From: an uncultured delta proteobacterium
GTDB lineage: Bacteria > Myxococcota_A > Polyangia > Fen-1088
NCBI GenBank assembly: GCA_963767925.1
Contig: CAVYGB010000010.1
Coordinates: forward strand, 1,600,001-1,664,000
DNA length: 64,000 bases
Direction of reading: 5' to 3'
Below are positions 1-13,654 of this stretch, one piece after another. How positions within the stretch are numbered: position 1 is the first letter of the stretch; each line of letters begins with the position of its first letter. Position numbers and translations under genes: made by a program. The notes under the pieces are model-generated. The model saw only the letters and a list, made by a program, of their open reading frames with translations. It did not search any database and had not been told where the DNA came from.

Positions 1-425
1 GCCGTCCGGTCGATGCCCGGTCGGGTCCCCTGGTAGACCGAACCGCCATCGGCCAGCAGCCGCCAGCACTCGGTCTTGCCCCGGTCAGCCAGGCCGAGCC
101 GGCGGGCGATGGCGTCGTCGGGGTGCACCTGCAGCGACAGGCGATCGGCGGCGTCGATGAGCTTGATCAGCAGGGGGAAGGTGCGGCCGCCGAACCCGGG
201 CCCCACCAGATCGTCGGGTGTCGTCGCCAGCAGGTCGGCGAGGGACTTCCCCGACAGGGGCCCGCTCGCCACCAGCGACTGCCCGTCGGGGTGATCCGAG
301 AGGTCCCAGGACTCCCCGATGGGCCCCGGGGGCAGGTCCCGGCGCCAGGTCTCCATGCGCCGCCCTCCCCAGACCAGCTTCTTGTAGACGGGGACGAAGC
401 GGAGCGGCTCGCTCAGATCGGTCAC
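1..425 (-). CDS. manA: Type I mannose-6-phosphate isomerase (5' part; runs off the window)
   Basis: Not in the ORF track. Manual translation from GTG 425 gives MTDLSEPLRFVPVYKKLVWGG...PIGESWDLSDHPDG...FPLLIKLIDAADRLSLQVHPDD...GKTECW, with the PMI type I motifs. The GTG overlaps the upstream TGA (GTGA). Confidence 0.88.
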   Translation of the reverse strand, partial: MTDLSEPLRFVPVYKKLVWGGRRMETWRRDLPPGPIGESWDLSDHPDGQSLVASGPLSGKSLADLLATTPDDLVGPGFGGRTFPLLIKLIDAADRLSLQVHPDDAIARRLGLADRGKTECWRLLADGGSVYQGTRPGIDRT

Positions 426-1534
426 CGCGACATTCCCGAGAACATGACCCAGCCCAGGTACAGCACCCCGCCCAGAACGGCGAGGGCAAAGCCCGAGACC
501 AGCAGGGTGAGGATGCGCGAGCCGCTGCTGGCCCGGACCGCCTCTTCGGGCTCGTCGGACGGCGGGGGCTCCTCCGGCTCGCCGGGCTCGGGCTCGGGCT
601 CGGGCTCGGGCGGTGGGGGCGGCGGTGGCGGGGGCTTCTCGACCGGCGGCGGGGGGAGGGCCGGGGAAGGCGGGCGGGGCGGCGCCGCGGGGGCGGTGCC
701 AGGGGAGCCGGCCACCGCGGGGACGGGCGCGCCGCCGCTGATCCCCGGGGGGGTGGGAGCGCGGACCGCCTTCTCCTTGTCCTCCATGTCGCGGAGGTAC
801 TTCTCCTCGGGGTCCTCGACGCGGAGCTGGGTGGTCCCCACCAGCATGACGTCGCCGTGGCGCAGGCGGCGCTCGCCGCGGATCTTCTGTCCCTCCATCT
901 GGACCCCGTTCTTCGAGCCGAGGTCGCGCACGAACACGCCCTGCCAGCGCTTCTCGAAGGCGGCGTGCTCGCGCGAGACGTCGTCGTCGGGCAGCACCAG
1001 GTCACAGTCGGGCGAGCGCCCCAGCCGATAGGTCCGATCGGGCAGGGCCAGGGTCAGCGACTGGCCCGAGGCGGGGCCGCTGGTGACGACGATCTTGGCG
1101 ACCTCGGCGCCGCCCACCGACTGGAACATGTCGTTGACCAGCCGCCGGGCCAGGGTGGCGGTGCTCTCGGGCCCGGCGCTGGCGCCGGGCACCCCGGCCG
1201 GGCTGGCCCCCAGCTCGCCCTCGAAGGTCAGGTTGACGTCGGCCACCCGGATGACGTCGCCGGCCTTGAGCACGCGGGGCACGCCGAGGGGCAGGCGGGC
1301 CTGCCCCACGAAGGTGCCGTTGGAGCTGCCCATATCGAGCACGCCCCACTCGCTGCCCTGCCGGTAGATGCGGGCGTGCAGGCCCGAGACGGTGGCGAAG
1401 GGGAGCTGGATCTCCAGGCCCGCCCGGCGGCCGATGCGGACCTCGTCCCCGGTCGGCTCGACATCGACCACCCGATCCAGGACGTTCCTATCTTCGGCCG
1501 ACGGCGCGGCCCGTATCCGGAATCGAAGCTTCAC
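422..1534 (-). CDS. Dual-FHA-domain membrane protein with Pro-rich linker and C-terminal TM anchor
   Basis: Two FHA motif sets (IGRR...VSGLHA...DMGSSNGT and LGRS...VSREHA...DLGSKNG), then a poly-Pro/PE linker and a hydrophobic C-terminal helix. Confidence 0.88.
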   Translation of the reverse strand: MKLRFRIRAAPSAEDRNVLDRVVDVEPTGDEVRIGRRAGLEIQLPFATVSGLHARIYRQGSEWGVLDMGSSNGTFVGQARLPLGVPRVLKAGDVIRVADVNLTFEGELGASPAGVPGASAGPESTATLARRLVNDMFQSVGGAEVAKIVVTSGPASGQSLTLALPDRTYRLGRSPDCDLVLPDDDVSREHAAFEKRWQGVFVRDLGSKNGVQMEGQKIRGERRLRHGDVMLVGTTQLRVEDPEEKYLRDMEDKEKAVRAPTPPGISGGAPVPAVAGSPGTAPAAPPRPPSPALPPPPVEKPPPPPPPPPEPEPEPEPGEPEEPPPSDEPEEAVRASSGSRILTLLVSGFALAVLGGVLYLGWVMFSGMSR

Positions 1535-1548
1535 GCTCGCCGAAGGAA

Positions 1549-2088
1549 CTACGAGCCGGCTCCGTCCGGGGGCTCGCCGGTTTCGGCCCCGCTGGCAGCG
1601 CCCGCTCCGTCGACCGGAGGCCCGCCCACTTTCGGGGCCGGGCCGGGATCGATCCCCCGCTCCTTCAGCACCGCGAGATAGTGATCCCGGTCGGCGATGG
1701 CCTGCAGGAGCTTGCCCCGCATGACATCGTTGTTCTGCTTGAGCCGGGTGATGTCGGACAGGTCCCGCTGGCGGGTGGAGTCCGTCTTGGAGGCCCGGGA
1801 GAACGCCTTGATGAACTCCGGCATCGACAGCTCGGCGAACGCCGCCGCGACCCGGTACTTGCCGACCTCGAGCTTCTCCAGGCAGCCCTCGGCGGCCAGG
1901 CCCAGCAACGACCGGGACACCTGCGGCTCACCCGCCCCGATCGACAACGCGATGTCGACCGGAGTAAAGGTCTCGTTGTTGGTCTGCAACTTCTTGAGCT
2001 CATCGTAGAGCTCCTGACGCCCGACCTTGGCACCGGCGTCCGATCCGGACGATGTGCGCATGGAACCGTGACTTCGCTTGAGACTCAT
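1549..2088 (-). CDS. Hypothetical protein, probable winged-helix domain plus coiled coil
   Basis: This is the C-terminal part of track ORF 1549..3231, from ATG 2088 (MSLKRSHG). It has a wHTH-like pattern TPVDIALSIG...VSRSLLGLAAEGCLEK and a heptad-like region ITRLKQNNDVMRGKLLQAIADRD. Confidence 0.65.
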   Translation of the reverse strand: MSLKRSHGSMRTSSGSDAGAKVGRQELYDELKKLQTNNETFTPVDIALSIGAGEPQVSRSLLGLAAEGCLEKLEVGKYRVAAAFAELSMPEFIKAFSRASKTDSTRQRDLSDITRLKQNNDVMRGKLLQAIADRDHYLAVLKERGIDPGPAPKVGGPPVDGAGAASGAETGEPPDGAGS

Positions 2089-2168
2089 GCTCCCTCGCTG
2101 GGCCGGATTTATACCACCGATCGACGTTCCGGCGGTGACGCAGAAAGCTAGCGGATAGTTCGCGGAGG

Positions 2169-3287
2169 TCAGCGGCTTTTGCGCCGCTTGCCCCCGCTGG
2201 CGGTCTTGCGCGCCTGGGTCCCCGGAGTTGTCGGGGCCTGGGTGGCGGGGCCGCTGGCGGCCAGCGGCTGCTCCCACAGGCGGAGCGCCGCGGGGTCCTC
2301 CCGGTAGCGCTTGAGCAGGTAGACGAGCAGGGCGATGCCCAGGGTGACCGAGACGAGGCCGATGAACTGGGAGGTCGACAGCGGGCCCACGTTGCCCCGC
2401 TGGTCGTCGTCCCGATAGGTCTCGATGATGGGGCGGACGATGCCGTAGCCGATGACCCAGCCCAGGAAGACCATCCCCGAGAACTTGCGCACCCGGCGCA
2501 GCAACATGAGCAAACCGAACAGGAGCAGGCCGCCCAGGGTCTCGTAGAGCTGGGTGGGGTGGATGGGGAAGGACTCGAACGAGGTGGGCGGGAGCTGGAA
2601 GTTGGCCACGTGGTCCTTCCAGGCCGGGCTGCCCCGGGGGAACGTGATGGCCCAGGGCAGGTCGGTGCGCTTGCCGTAGTCGCAGCCGAACAGCAGACAG
2701 CCGATGCGGGTGATGGCGGTGCCCAGCACCACCGAGGGGGCGGCCACGTCCGCCCAGCGCAGCAGGGGGATCCTGGCCTTGCGGCAGTTGTACCAGCTCG
2801 CCAGAAAGCCCCCGATCATCCCGCCGTAGGCGACCAGGCCCCCCTCCCAGATCTTGAAGACGTCGAGGAAGCTGTCGAGCTCCTCGTACTGGACGACGCT
2901 GTAGAGGAGGCGGGCGCCGACGATCGACCAGACCGCCGTCCACATGTAGATGTGCCCGGCCGTCTCGGCCGAGATGCCGTCCTGGCGGGCCAGCTTCATC
3001 ACCAGGAACCAGCCCACGATCATCGAGATCCCGAGCATCACGCCGTACGAGTGGATGGGGACCGGCAGCCAGGGGCGCGAGAAGACCTCGGGGGTCGGGA
3101 TCCAGGCGCCGCCCCGGAAGCCCATCAGGAAGAAGGCCGCCACCAGCAGGAGCAGGGGCGTCGAGCTCCGCGGGGCGTTGGGGTCTTTTCGCCGCTGTGC
3201 GGTATCGTAGGCGAACGACCCGATGGCCCACAATACCGCCAGGACGAACAGCAATCGGGAGGGCAGCTCGATCAGGACCGGGCGCAT
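2169..3287 (-). CDS. lgt: Prolipoprotein diacylglyceryl transferase
   Basis: Multi-TM protein with Lgt motifs IHSYG, VGARLLY, IWEGGLVAYGG, RIGCLLFGCDYG, HPTQLYE. Confidence 0.93.
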   Translation of the reverse strand: MRPVLIELPSRLLFVLAVLWAIGSFAYDTAQRRKDPNAPRSSTPLLLLVAAFFLMGFRGGAWIPTPEVFSRPWLPVPIHSYGVMLGISMIVGWFLVMKLARQDGISAETAGHIYMWTAVWSIVGARLLYSVVQYEELDSFLDVFKIWEGGLVAYGGMIGGFLASWYNCRKARIPLLRWADVAAPSVVLGTAITRIGCLLFGCDYGKRTDLPWAITFPRGSPAWKDHVANFQLPPTSFESFPIHPTQLYETLGGLLLFGLLMLLRRVRKFSGMVFLGWVIGYGIVRPIIETYRDDDQRGNVGPLSTSQFIGLVSVTLGIALLVYLLKRYREDPAALRLWEQPLAASGPATQAPTTPGTQARKTASGGKRRKSR

Positions 3288-3410
3288 GACCGCCCTATTT
3301 AGCGCGTTTTGCCCGGGACGGGCAGCCGTTCACACAGGTAGACGTCGAACCCGCAACTTCCCGCCGGGGCCGGCCGAAGACCTGCCGTCCCCACAAAAGG
3401 AGCCACCAAC

Positions 3411-4004
3411 ATGTCCGACGTGAAATCCGTGGGCGGCGGCGCCGGCCTGTCCGGCTACATCACCGACCCCGTCTCGCCCCCCGAAAACGGCGACCGGCTG
3501 CTCAGCGACCCGCCCGCCCCGCTCGCTCCGGGGGAGCGCTTCCTGGGCGGCCCCCCCGCCCCGCTGGCCCCCGGCGAGCGTTACATCACCGATCCGCCCG
3601 CCGTCCCGGACCCCGGCGACCGCTTCCTCGGCCAGGCCCCCACCCGGGCCCCCGGCGAACGTTACATCACCGATCCGCCCGCCCCGGGGGACGGCTTCAT
3701 CACCGATCCCCCGACCCGGGGCCCCGGCGAGCGTTACATCACCGATCCGCCCGCCCCTCTCGCCGAGGGCGAACGGTACCTCGGCGCCCCCGGCGTCGAA
3801 GGCCCGCCGCCCGCCCCCCGCCCGGACCCCACCGCCGGCGACTACGCCGTCAGCTCCCTGCGCAACCTCGGAAACGTCGTCGAGGACCTCTGGGACAACA
3901 AATACGGCGCCGCCGCCACGAACGCCGGCCAGGCCGTCATGGACGCCGGCTCCGCCGCCTACGAGCTCCTCTTCGGCGACGACAAGAAGGTGGACCCGAA
4001 ATAG
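3411..4004 (+). CDS. Hypothetical Pro-rich protein with ~9 tandem G[ED]R[YF]ITDPP-type repeats
   Basis: Strong RBS (AAAGGAG) upstream of ATG 3411, GC3-rich codons and visible peptide repeats. Confidence 0.75.
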   Translation: MSDVKSVGGGAGLSGYITDPVSPPENGDRLLSDPPAPLAPGERFLGGPPAPLAPGERYITDPPAVPDPGDRFLGQAPTRAPGERYITDPPAPGDGFITDPPTRGPGERYITDPPAPLAEGERYLGAPGVEGPPPAPRPDPTAGDYAVSSLRNLGNVVEDLWDNKYGAAATNAGQAVMDAGSAAYELLFGDDKKVDPK

Positions 4005-4872
4005 CCCCCCGCTCCTCCGCTCCCCTGTTTGCGCAGGGGCGGTAAACGACCGGAGAGGAGGAACGCCTGATGCGAAGCGCTGAGATTCTGGGGCGGGTCC
4101 TGCGGCTGGTGGCGGCGCATGCGCCGGCCTGGTTCGGCGCGGCGGCGCTGTTCACCGTCCCCCTGGCCCTGGCCCGCCCGCTCGCGGAGACGATGGTGTT
4201 GCCGTTCTGGCGGCCCCTCGGCGTCAGCGGCGCCGGCCACGTCCTCCTGGCCATCGAGATGTTCGCCTACGTGCTCACCTGGGCGGCCCTGGTGGTGTTC
4301 GTGCTGCGCGGGCACCTGGGCCGGCCCGGCGGCTGGAGCGCGACCTGGAACGCGGCGCTGGGGCGGGTGCGGCCGGTGGTCACGGCGTCGCTGGCCCTGC
4401 TCTGGCCCCTCTTCGGCTACTTGCTGGTCCTGTTCGCCCTGCCGATGTTCGTGATCGGCCTGGCCGGCCTGCAGCCGACGCTCGGTCCCTGGTCCATCCG
4501 GCTGGGCAGCGTTTGCCTCGCCGTCCTGGGCACCTTCTTCTCGGTGCTGATCCTGTTCGTCGTGCCGGTGGCGATGTTCGAGCGGGTGGGCGGCCTGCGC
4601 GCCTACCGCCGGGCCCGCGAGCTGCTGGCCGGCAACTGGCGGCTCGTCCTGGGGGTCGTGGCCCCCATCGTGCTGACCGGCGAGCTGCTCACAGCCGTCG
4701 CCCGGTACCTCATCCCCCTCGAATGGGGCGACGATCTGGCGCGCGGCCTGCTGGACAGCGCCTCTCTACCCTTCGACGTGGCCGCCTCGGTGCTGCTGTA
4801 CGTGAACGTCCGCGCCGCGCGAGAGTCGCGCGACGCGGACGGGCTGGTTCGAGAGATCGATCAGAGCCTGGA

Positions 4873-6822
<1,950 letters not shown>

Positions 6823-6872
6823 GTTTACCTTCTCCGGCGTTTCTGTTGCTTCCGCCCGTGCCCGGTACCGTA

Positions 6873-6895
6873 AGCACCCACGTTGACGCGTCAAC
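6873..6895 (-). promoter_or_regulatory. Putative dnaK promoter/operator: TTGACG-N8-TGGGTGCT containing the palindrome GTTGACGCGTCAAC
   Basis: Perfect 14-bp palindrome at 6882-6895. TTGACG followed 16 nt later by TACGGT. The same motif occurs upstream of dnaJ. Confidence 0.5.
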
Positions 6896-6918
6896 CCCGA
6901 CCCGCGACGACGCCGGAA

Positions 6919-6957
6919 TAAAAAAACGGGAGGCCCTTGGGGAGCCTCCCGTCTTTC
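6919..6957 (-). terminator. Intrinsic terminator downstream of lon
   Basis: The minus strand reads ACGGGAGGC-loop-GCCTCCCGT followed by a T run. Confidence 0.8.
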
Positions 6958-7033
6958 TGTCTTTTGGCGGTCGTTGGGGCGCCCGGGGGCGCCTGGAAGC
7001 TGCGGAGCGCCAGCGCCGGGGACGGTCTTCGAA

Positions 7034-7065
7034 GTAGCCGGGTTCCGTCGCTTCGTCGGGCCCGA

Positions 7066-7069
<4 letters not shown>
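7034..7069. repeat. Short REP-like palindromic element (copy 1) overlapping the lon stop
   Basis: GTAGCCGGGTTCCGTCGCTTCGTCGGGCCCGACTAG matches the reverse complement of 57307-57343 with 2 substitutions and 1 indel. Confidence 0.7.
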
Positions 7070-9483
<2,414 letters not shown>

Positions 9484-9681
9484 CCTTTACAGCGTAATAC
9501 GCACGGACCGAAGGTGCGACAAGTTTGAGAAGGCTCGCCGATGCAGAAAACTTCTACACCGGCGTCGCGAGCCTTCGTCATGCCTCCCTGAAGCCTCCTT
9601 GGAGCCTGACGCGTGGGGTGCCGCCCACCTCGCCAGGCACGTACCATCGCGGGAGGTCGGAACCGTCTCAGGGTTCCGGAG

Positions 9682-11050
9682 CTAGCGCCGAGCGGGCTTG
9701 TCGCCTCCCTGGCTCCCCGGACGCCCGCCGGCGGCGTTGAGCGCGTGGACCGTACCGCCGCCCCCGGCCGAATTCGCGTTAGATGCCGGAGCCCCGCCGA
9801 TGTCTCGCTTGATCCCGTGGTGCGCGAGCACCTTCACCTCGACCTTGTAGGCAATGTCGGGGTGGAGGGTCAGGAAGCTCTTGGCGTTGTCGCGTCCCTG
9901 CCCGATGCGTTCACCCTCGAAGCTGAACCAGGCCCCTGACTTCTCGACCGCCCCGCACTCGCTGCCCAGGTCGACCAGGTCGCCGACGTGGCTGATCCCC
10001 TCACCATAGAGGATGTCGAACTCCACCTCGCGGAAAGGGGGCGCCATCTTGTTCTTGACCACCTTCACCCGCGTCCGGTTACCCACGATCTTCTCCCCGT
10101 CCTTGAGCGCCCCCACCCGCCGGATGTCCATGCGGACGCTGGCGTAGAACTTGAGGGCGTTGCCACCCGTGGTGGTCTCGGGGTTGCCGAACATGACGCC
10201 GATCTTCATCCGGATCTGGTTGATGAAGATGACGAGGGTGTGGGACTTGGAGATGGTGCCGGTCAGCTTGCGCAACGCCTGGCTCATCAGGCGGGCCTGG
10301 AGACCGACGTGGGCGTCGCCCATCTCCCCTTCCAGCTCGGCCTTCGGCGTGAGCGCCGCGACCGAGTCGACGATGATGACGTCGACCGCGCCCGAGCGGA
10401 CCAGCATCTCGGTGATCTCCAGGGCCTGCTCGCCGCAGTCCGGCTGCGACACGAGCAGATCGTCGGTGCGGACGCCCAGCTTGCGGGCATATCCGACATC
10501 GAGGGCGTGCTCGGCGTCGACGAAGGCGCAGATGCCCCCCCTGGCGCTGGGCCTCGGCGACCACGTGCAGGGCCAGGGTGGTCTTGCCCGACGACTCCGG
10601 GCCGTAGATCTCGACCACCCGGCCGCGGGGCAGACCGCCGCAGCCGAGCGCGATGTCGAGCCCCAGCGAGCCGGTGGGGACCACCTTCACCTCGGGCGGG
10701 GGCAGCTCGTCACCGAGGCGCATGATGCTCCCCTTGCCGAACTGCTTTTCGATGGTGGCGACCGCCAGCTCGATGGCCTTGTCCCGGGCGGGATCCCGGG
10801 GGGGCAACGTCGGCAGGGTGCTGACCGCCTGGAGCCGGGGCCCGTCGTCGGCCGGCTCGGCGGCCTTGTCGGCTGCTTTTTCGGCAGATGCTCGCTCCGG
10901 CGCCCGGTCCGCGGGTTTTTCCGCCACTTTTTCCGTCACCTTGTCCGCGACCTTGTCCACGGTCTTGTCAGCAACCTTGGCCTGGGGGCGAGCCGGGCCG
11001 GCCGCGGCCTCGATCTTTGTGTCTTTGTCGTTCTTGTCGGGGGTAGCCAT
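9682..11050 (-). CDS. recA: Recombinase RecA with long N-terminal extension (single +1 frameshift in a C7 run at 10535-10541)
   Basis: [14 protein letters not shown] and GPESSGKTT lie in ORF 10079..11050. [39 protein letters not shown] and KNKMAPPF lie in ORF 9682..10452. Confidence 0.95.
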
Positions 11051-11071
11051 GGTGCTCTCCTTGATTGCGGG

Positions 11072-12397
11072 TCAGACCGAAGCGGGGAAGGCGCGGCGGA
11101 CGAGGTCCAGCGCGAAATAGGCGGACGACCGGCGGATGCGCTCGCGCCCGCCGAAAAAAAGCTGGGTCAGGCTCTGCTCTCCCGCCGGGCCGGAGACGCC
11201 GAAGCAGACCGTCCCGACCGGCTTCTCCCCGGGCGAGGCGCCGCCGGCGGCCGGGAACGGGGCCCGGGCCAGGCCTTCGGACGACGATCCGGCGATGCCG
11301 GTGATCGACACGGCCAGGGTGGCGCCCAGGCGCTCCCGCGCGCCCCGGGCCATCTCGAGGGCGCAAGGCTCGCTGACGGCGCCGTGCTGGGCCAGCGTCT
11401 CGGCGCGCACGCCCAGCAGGGACTGCTTGACGTCGTTGGAGTAGGCCACCACCGCCCCGAGAAAGAAGGCGCTGGCGCCCGGCTCGCTGGTGACGAGCTG
11501 GCCGGCGTACCCGCCCGTGCACGACTCGGCGAAGGCCAGCGTCGCCCCGGCCTCGGTGAGGACCCGGGCCACCACCTTCGGCAGGGAGTCGCCGTCGAGG
11601 CCATAGACCACCGGTCCCAGCCGGACGTTCACCTGGCGCTCCAGCCGGGAGAGCAGCTCACCGTTGCCGACAGCGTCGGGGCCGCGGACCACCAGCTTGA
11701 GGTGGTTCTCGGGCGCGGCGGTCCGGTAGTGAACCGAGACCGAGCAGCCGGCGGGCAGGACCGGCGACACCCCCTCCACCAGGCCGGCCAGGCGGTGGTC
11801 GACGTGGGACTCCCCCATTCCATAGATATGGAAGGTCCGCACCGCGGGCAGCGGCCAGCCCGAGGGCAGCAGCCCCGCCCGCAGCTCGGGCGTCACGTGG
11901 TCCAAAAAAATTCGCTGCATCTCGCGGGGAACCCCGGGAAAGAAGAAGGCCTGGGCCCGGGCGATCCGGACCGAGAAGCCGGGGGCCACCCCCACCGGGT
12001 TGGGCAGCGGGCGGGCCCCGTCCGGCACCCGCACCTGGCGGAGGTTGTTCGGCGTCAGCTCGAAGCCGCGCGCGGCATAACTCTGCTTCATCGCGAGCAG
12101 CGAGGGCTCGTGCGTGACCGGGGTGGTCCCCAGCAGTGCGCAGACCACGTCGACGGTCCGGTCGTCGTCGGTGGGGCCCAGGCCGCCGGTGACGGCGACG
12201 ACGTCGACCGAGCCAGCGAGGGTCTCCAGGGCCTGGCGAATGTCGGCGACGTCGTCCGAGACCACCCGGTGCTCGCGCACGACGAACCCCAGCTCGAAGA
12301 GCTGGTCCGACAGGAAGGCGGCGTTGCCATTGATGATCTCTCCGCGCAGCACCTCATCCCCGATGGCCAGGACGGCTGCGGTGGGTGGAGTAGACAT
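11072..12397 (-). CDS. cinA: Competence/damage-inducible protein CinA (MoCF-like domain + NMN deamidase)
   Basis: [48 protein letters not shown]. Sits directly upstream of recA as in the canonical cinA-recA arrangement. Confidence 0.93.
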   Translation of the reverse strand: MSTPPTAAVLAIGDEVLRGEIINGNAAFLSDQLFELGFVVREHRVVSDDVADIRQALETLAGSVDVVAVTGGLGPTDDDRTVDVVCALLGTTPVTHEPSLLAMKQSYAARGFELTPNNLRQVRVPDGARPLPNPVGVAPGFSVRIARAQAFFFPGVPREMQRIFLDHVTPELRAGLLPSGWPLPAVRTFHIYGMGESHVDHRLAGLVEGVSPVLPAGCSVSVHYRTAAPENHLKLVVRGPDAVGNGELLSRLERQVNVRLGPVVYGLDGDSLPKVVARVLTEAGATLAFAESCTGGYAGQLVTSEPGASAFFLGAVVAYSNDVKQSLLGVRAETLAQHGAVSEPCALEMARGARERLGATLAVSITGIAGSSSEGLARAPFPAAGGASPGEKPVGTVCFGVSGPAGEQSLTQLFFGGRERIRRSSAYFALDLVRRAFPASV

Positions 12398-12534
12398 CTG
12401 TTCAGTACCTTAGACGAGCGGATCCCGGGTGTCAACGAGTGGGCCGGGCAGAAAGTCGACAGAATTCGCGACAGGCTTATCGAGCGGCACGCTCTGACAA
12501 AGTTCTCGGACACTATGATAAAAATCGGAGCCCG

Positions 12535-13299
12535 ATGCGAATCCGCTACGCCGCCAAGACGGACCCCGGTCTCAAGCGGAACCACAACGAGGACTACTTT
12601 TCGCTCATCGAGGACGAGCAACTCTTCCTCGTGGCCGATGGCATGGGCGGCCATGCCTGCGGGGAAGTTGCCTCCAAGATGGCGGCGGACGTGATCCGCG
12701 AGTTCTTCGCCCGCTCCAAGGACGACGACGCCACCTGGCCGTTCAAGATGGACCGCCAGCTCACCTACCTGGAAAATCGCCTCGTCGTGGGGATCAAGCT
12801 GGCCAACCAGCGGATCTTCGAGGCGGCCAGCCGGGACATGCGCCTCAAGGGTATGGGCACCACCGTGGTGATCGGCCAGATCGCCGCCGACCGCTTCTAC
12901 ATCGCCCACGTGGGCGACTCGCGCTGCTACCGGGTCCGCAACGGCGATATCAAGCAGATGACCCGGGACCACTCGCTGCTCGAGGACTACAAGGACGCCC
13001 GCCCCGACATGTCCGACGAGGAACAGAAGAAGTTCCCCCACAAGAACGTCATCACCCGGGCGCTCGGCATGCGCGACACCGTCCAGGTCGACGTCTCGAA
13101 CGAGGACATCAAGGACGGCGACCTGTTCCTGCTCTGCTCGGACGGCCTGACCGGCATGGTCGACGAGAAGCGCATCCGCGAGTCCCTCAAGGGCGCCTCC
13201 GACCTGGAGGGCGCCGTCACCGGCCTGGTCGAGTCCGCCAACAACGCCGGCGGCACCGACAACATCACCGTCCTCGCCCTCGAGTGCAAGGTCAACTAG
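12535..13299 (+). CDS. PP2C/PPM family Ser/Thr protein phosphatase
   Basis: [47 protein letters not shown]. Start at ATG 12535. Confidence 0.93.
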   Translation: MRIRYAAKTDPGLKRNHNEDYFSLIEDEQLFLVADGMGGHACGEVASKMAADVIREFFARSKDDDATWPFKMDRQLTYLENRLVVGIKLANQRIFEAASRDMRLKGMGTTVVIGQIAADRFYIAHVGDSRCYRVRNGDIKQMTRDHSLLEDYKDARPDMSDEEQKKFPHKNVITRALGMRDTVQVDVSNEDIKDGDLFLLCSDGLTGMVDEKRIRESLKGASDLEGAVTGLVESANNAGGTDNITVLALECKVN

Positions 13300-13621
13300 T
13301 CCCCTGGAAAGGTGAAGGCTTGCATATGTCGGCGAGGCATCTTCGTTCCTGGCAAGGCGCGAGGAGGGCGAATACCCGGCGTATTTAACCGACGAGCAAC
13401 GCAGCCAGGGACGAAGAGGACCGGCGAGATAGGCAAGAAATCACCTTTCCAGGGGACTAGTCCCCTGGAAAGGTGAAGGCTTGCATATGTCGGCGAGGCA
13501 TCTTCGTTCCTGGCAAGGCGCGAGGAGGGCGAATACCCGGCGTATTTAACCGACGAGCAACGCAGCCAGGGACGAAGAGGACCGGCGAGATAGGCAAGAA
13601 ATCACCTTTCCAGGGGACTAG
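13296..13621. mobile_element. Two identical tandem 161-bp palindromic MITE/ERIC-like elements bounded by CTAG
   Basis: CTAG at 13296, 13457 and 13618. Perfect terminal inverted repeats CTAGTCCCCTGGAAAGGTGA / TCACCTTTCCAGGGGACTAG, with further complementary internal arms. Confidence 0.85.
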
Positions 13622-13654
13622 GGCAACCCGGCGCCCGTGACAGGCCGGTCCGGG

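Noticed and set aside
1850..2010. Z-DNA-binding Zalpha domain
   Set aside because: The hydrophobic pattern fits a generic winged helix, and the Zalpha recognition residues Asn, Tyr and Trp are absent.
3411..4004. Microviridin/graspetide precursor assignment
   Set aside because: The cores lack the TxKYPSD motif and no ATP-grasp ligase is nearby. Retained only as an unexplained repeat protein.
10535..10541. Programmed frameshift or phase variation in recA (and tonB 23629-23635)
   Set aside because: Single indels in C7 runs, in an assembly with many other indels, are more simply explained as sequencing errors.
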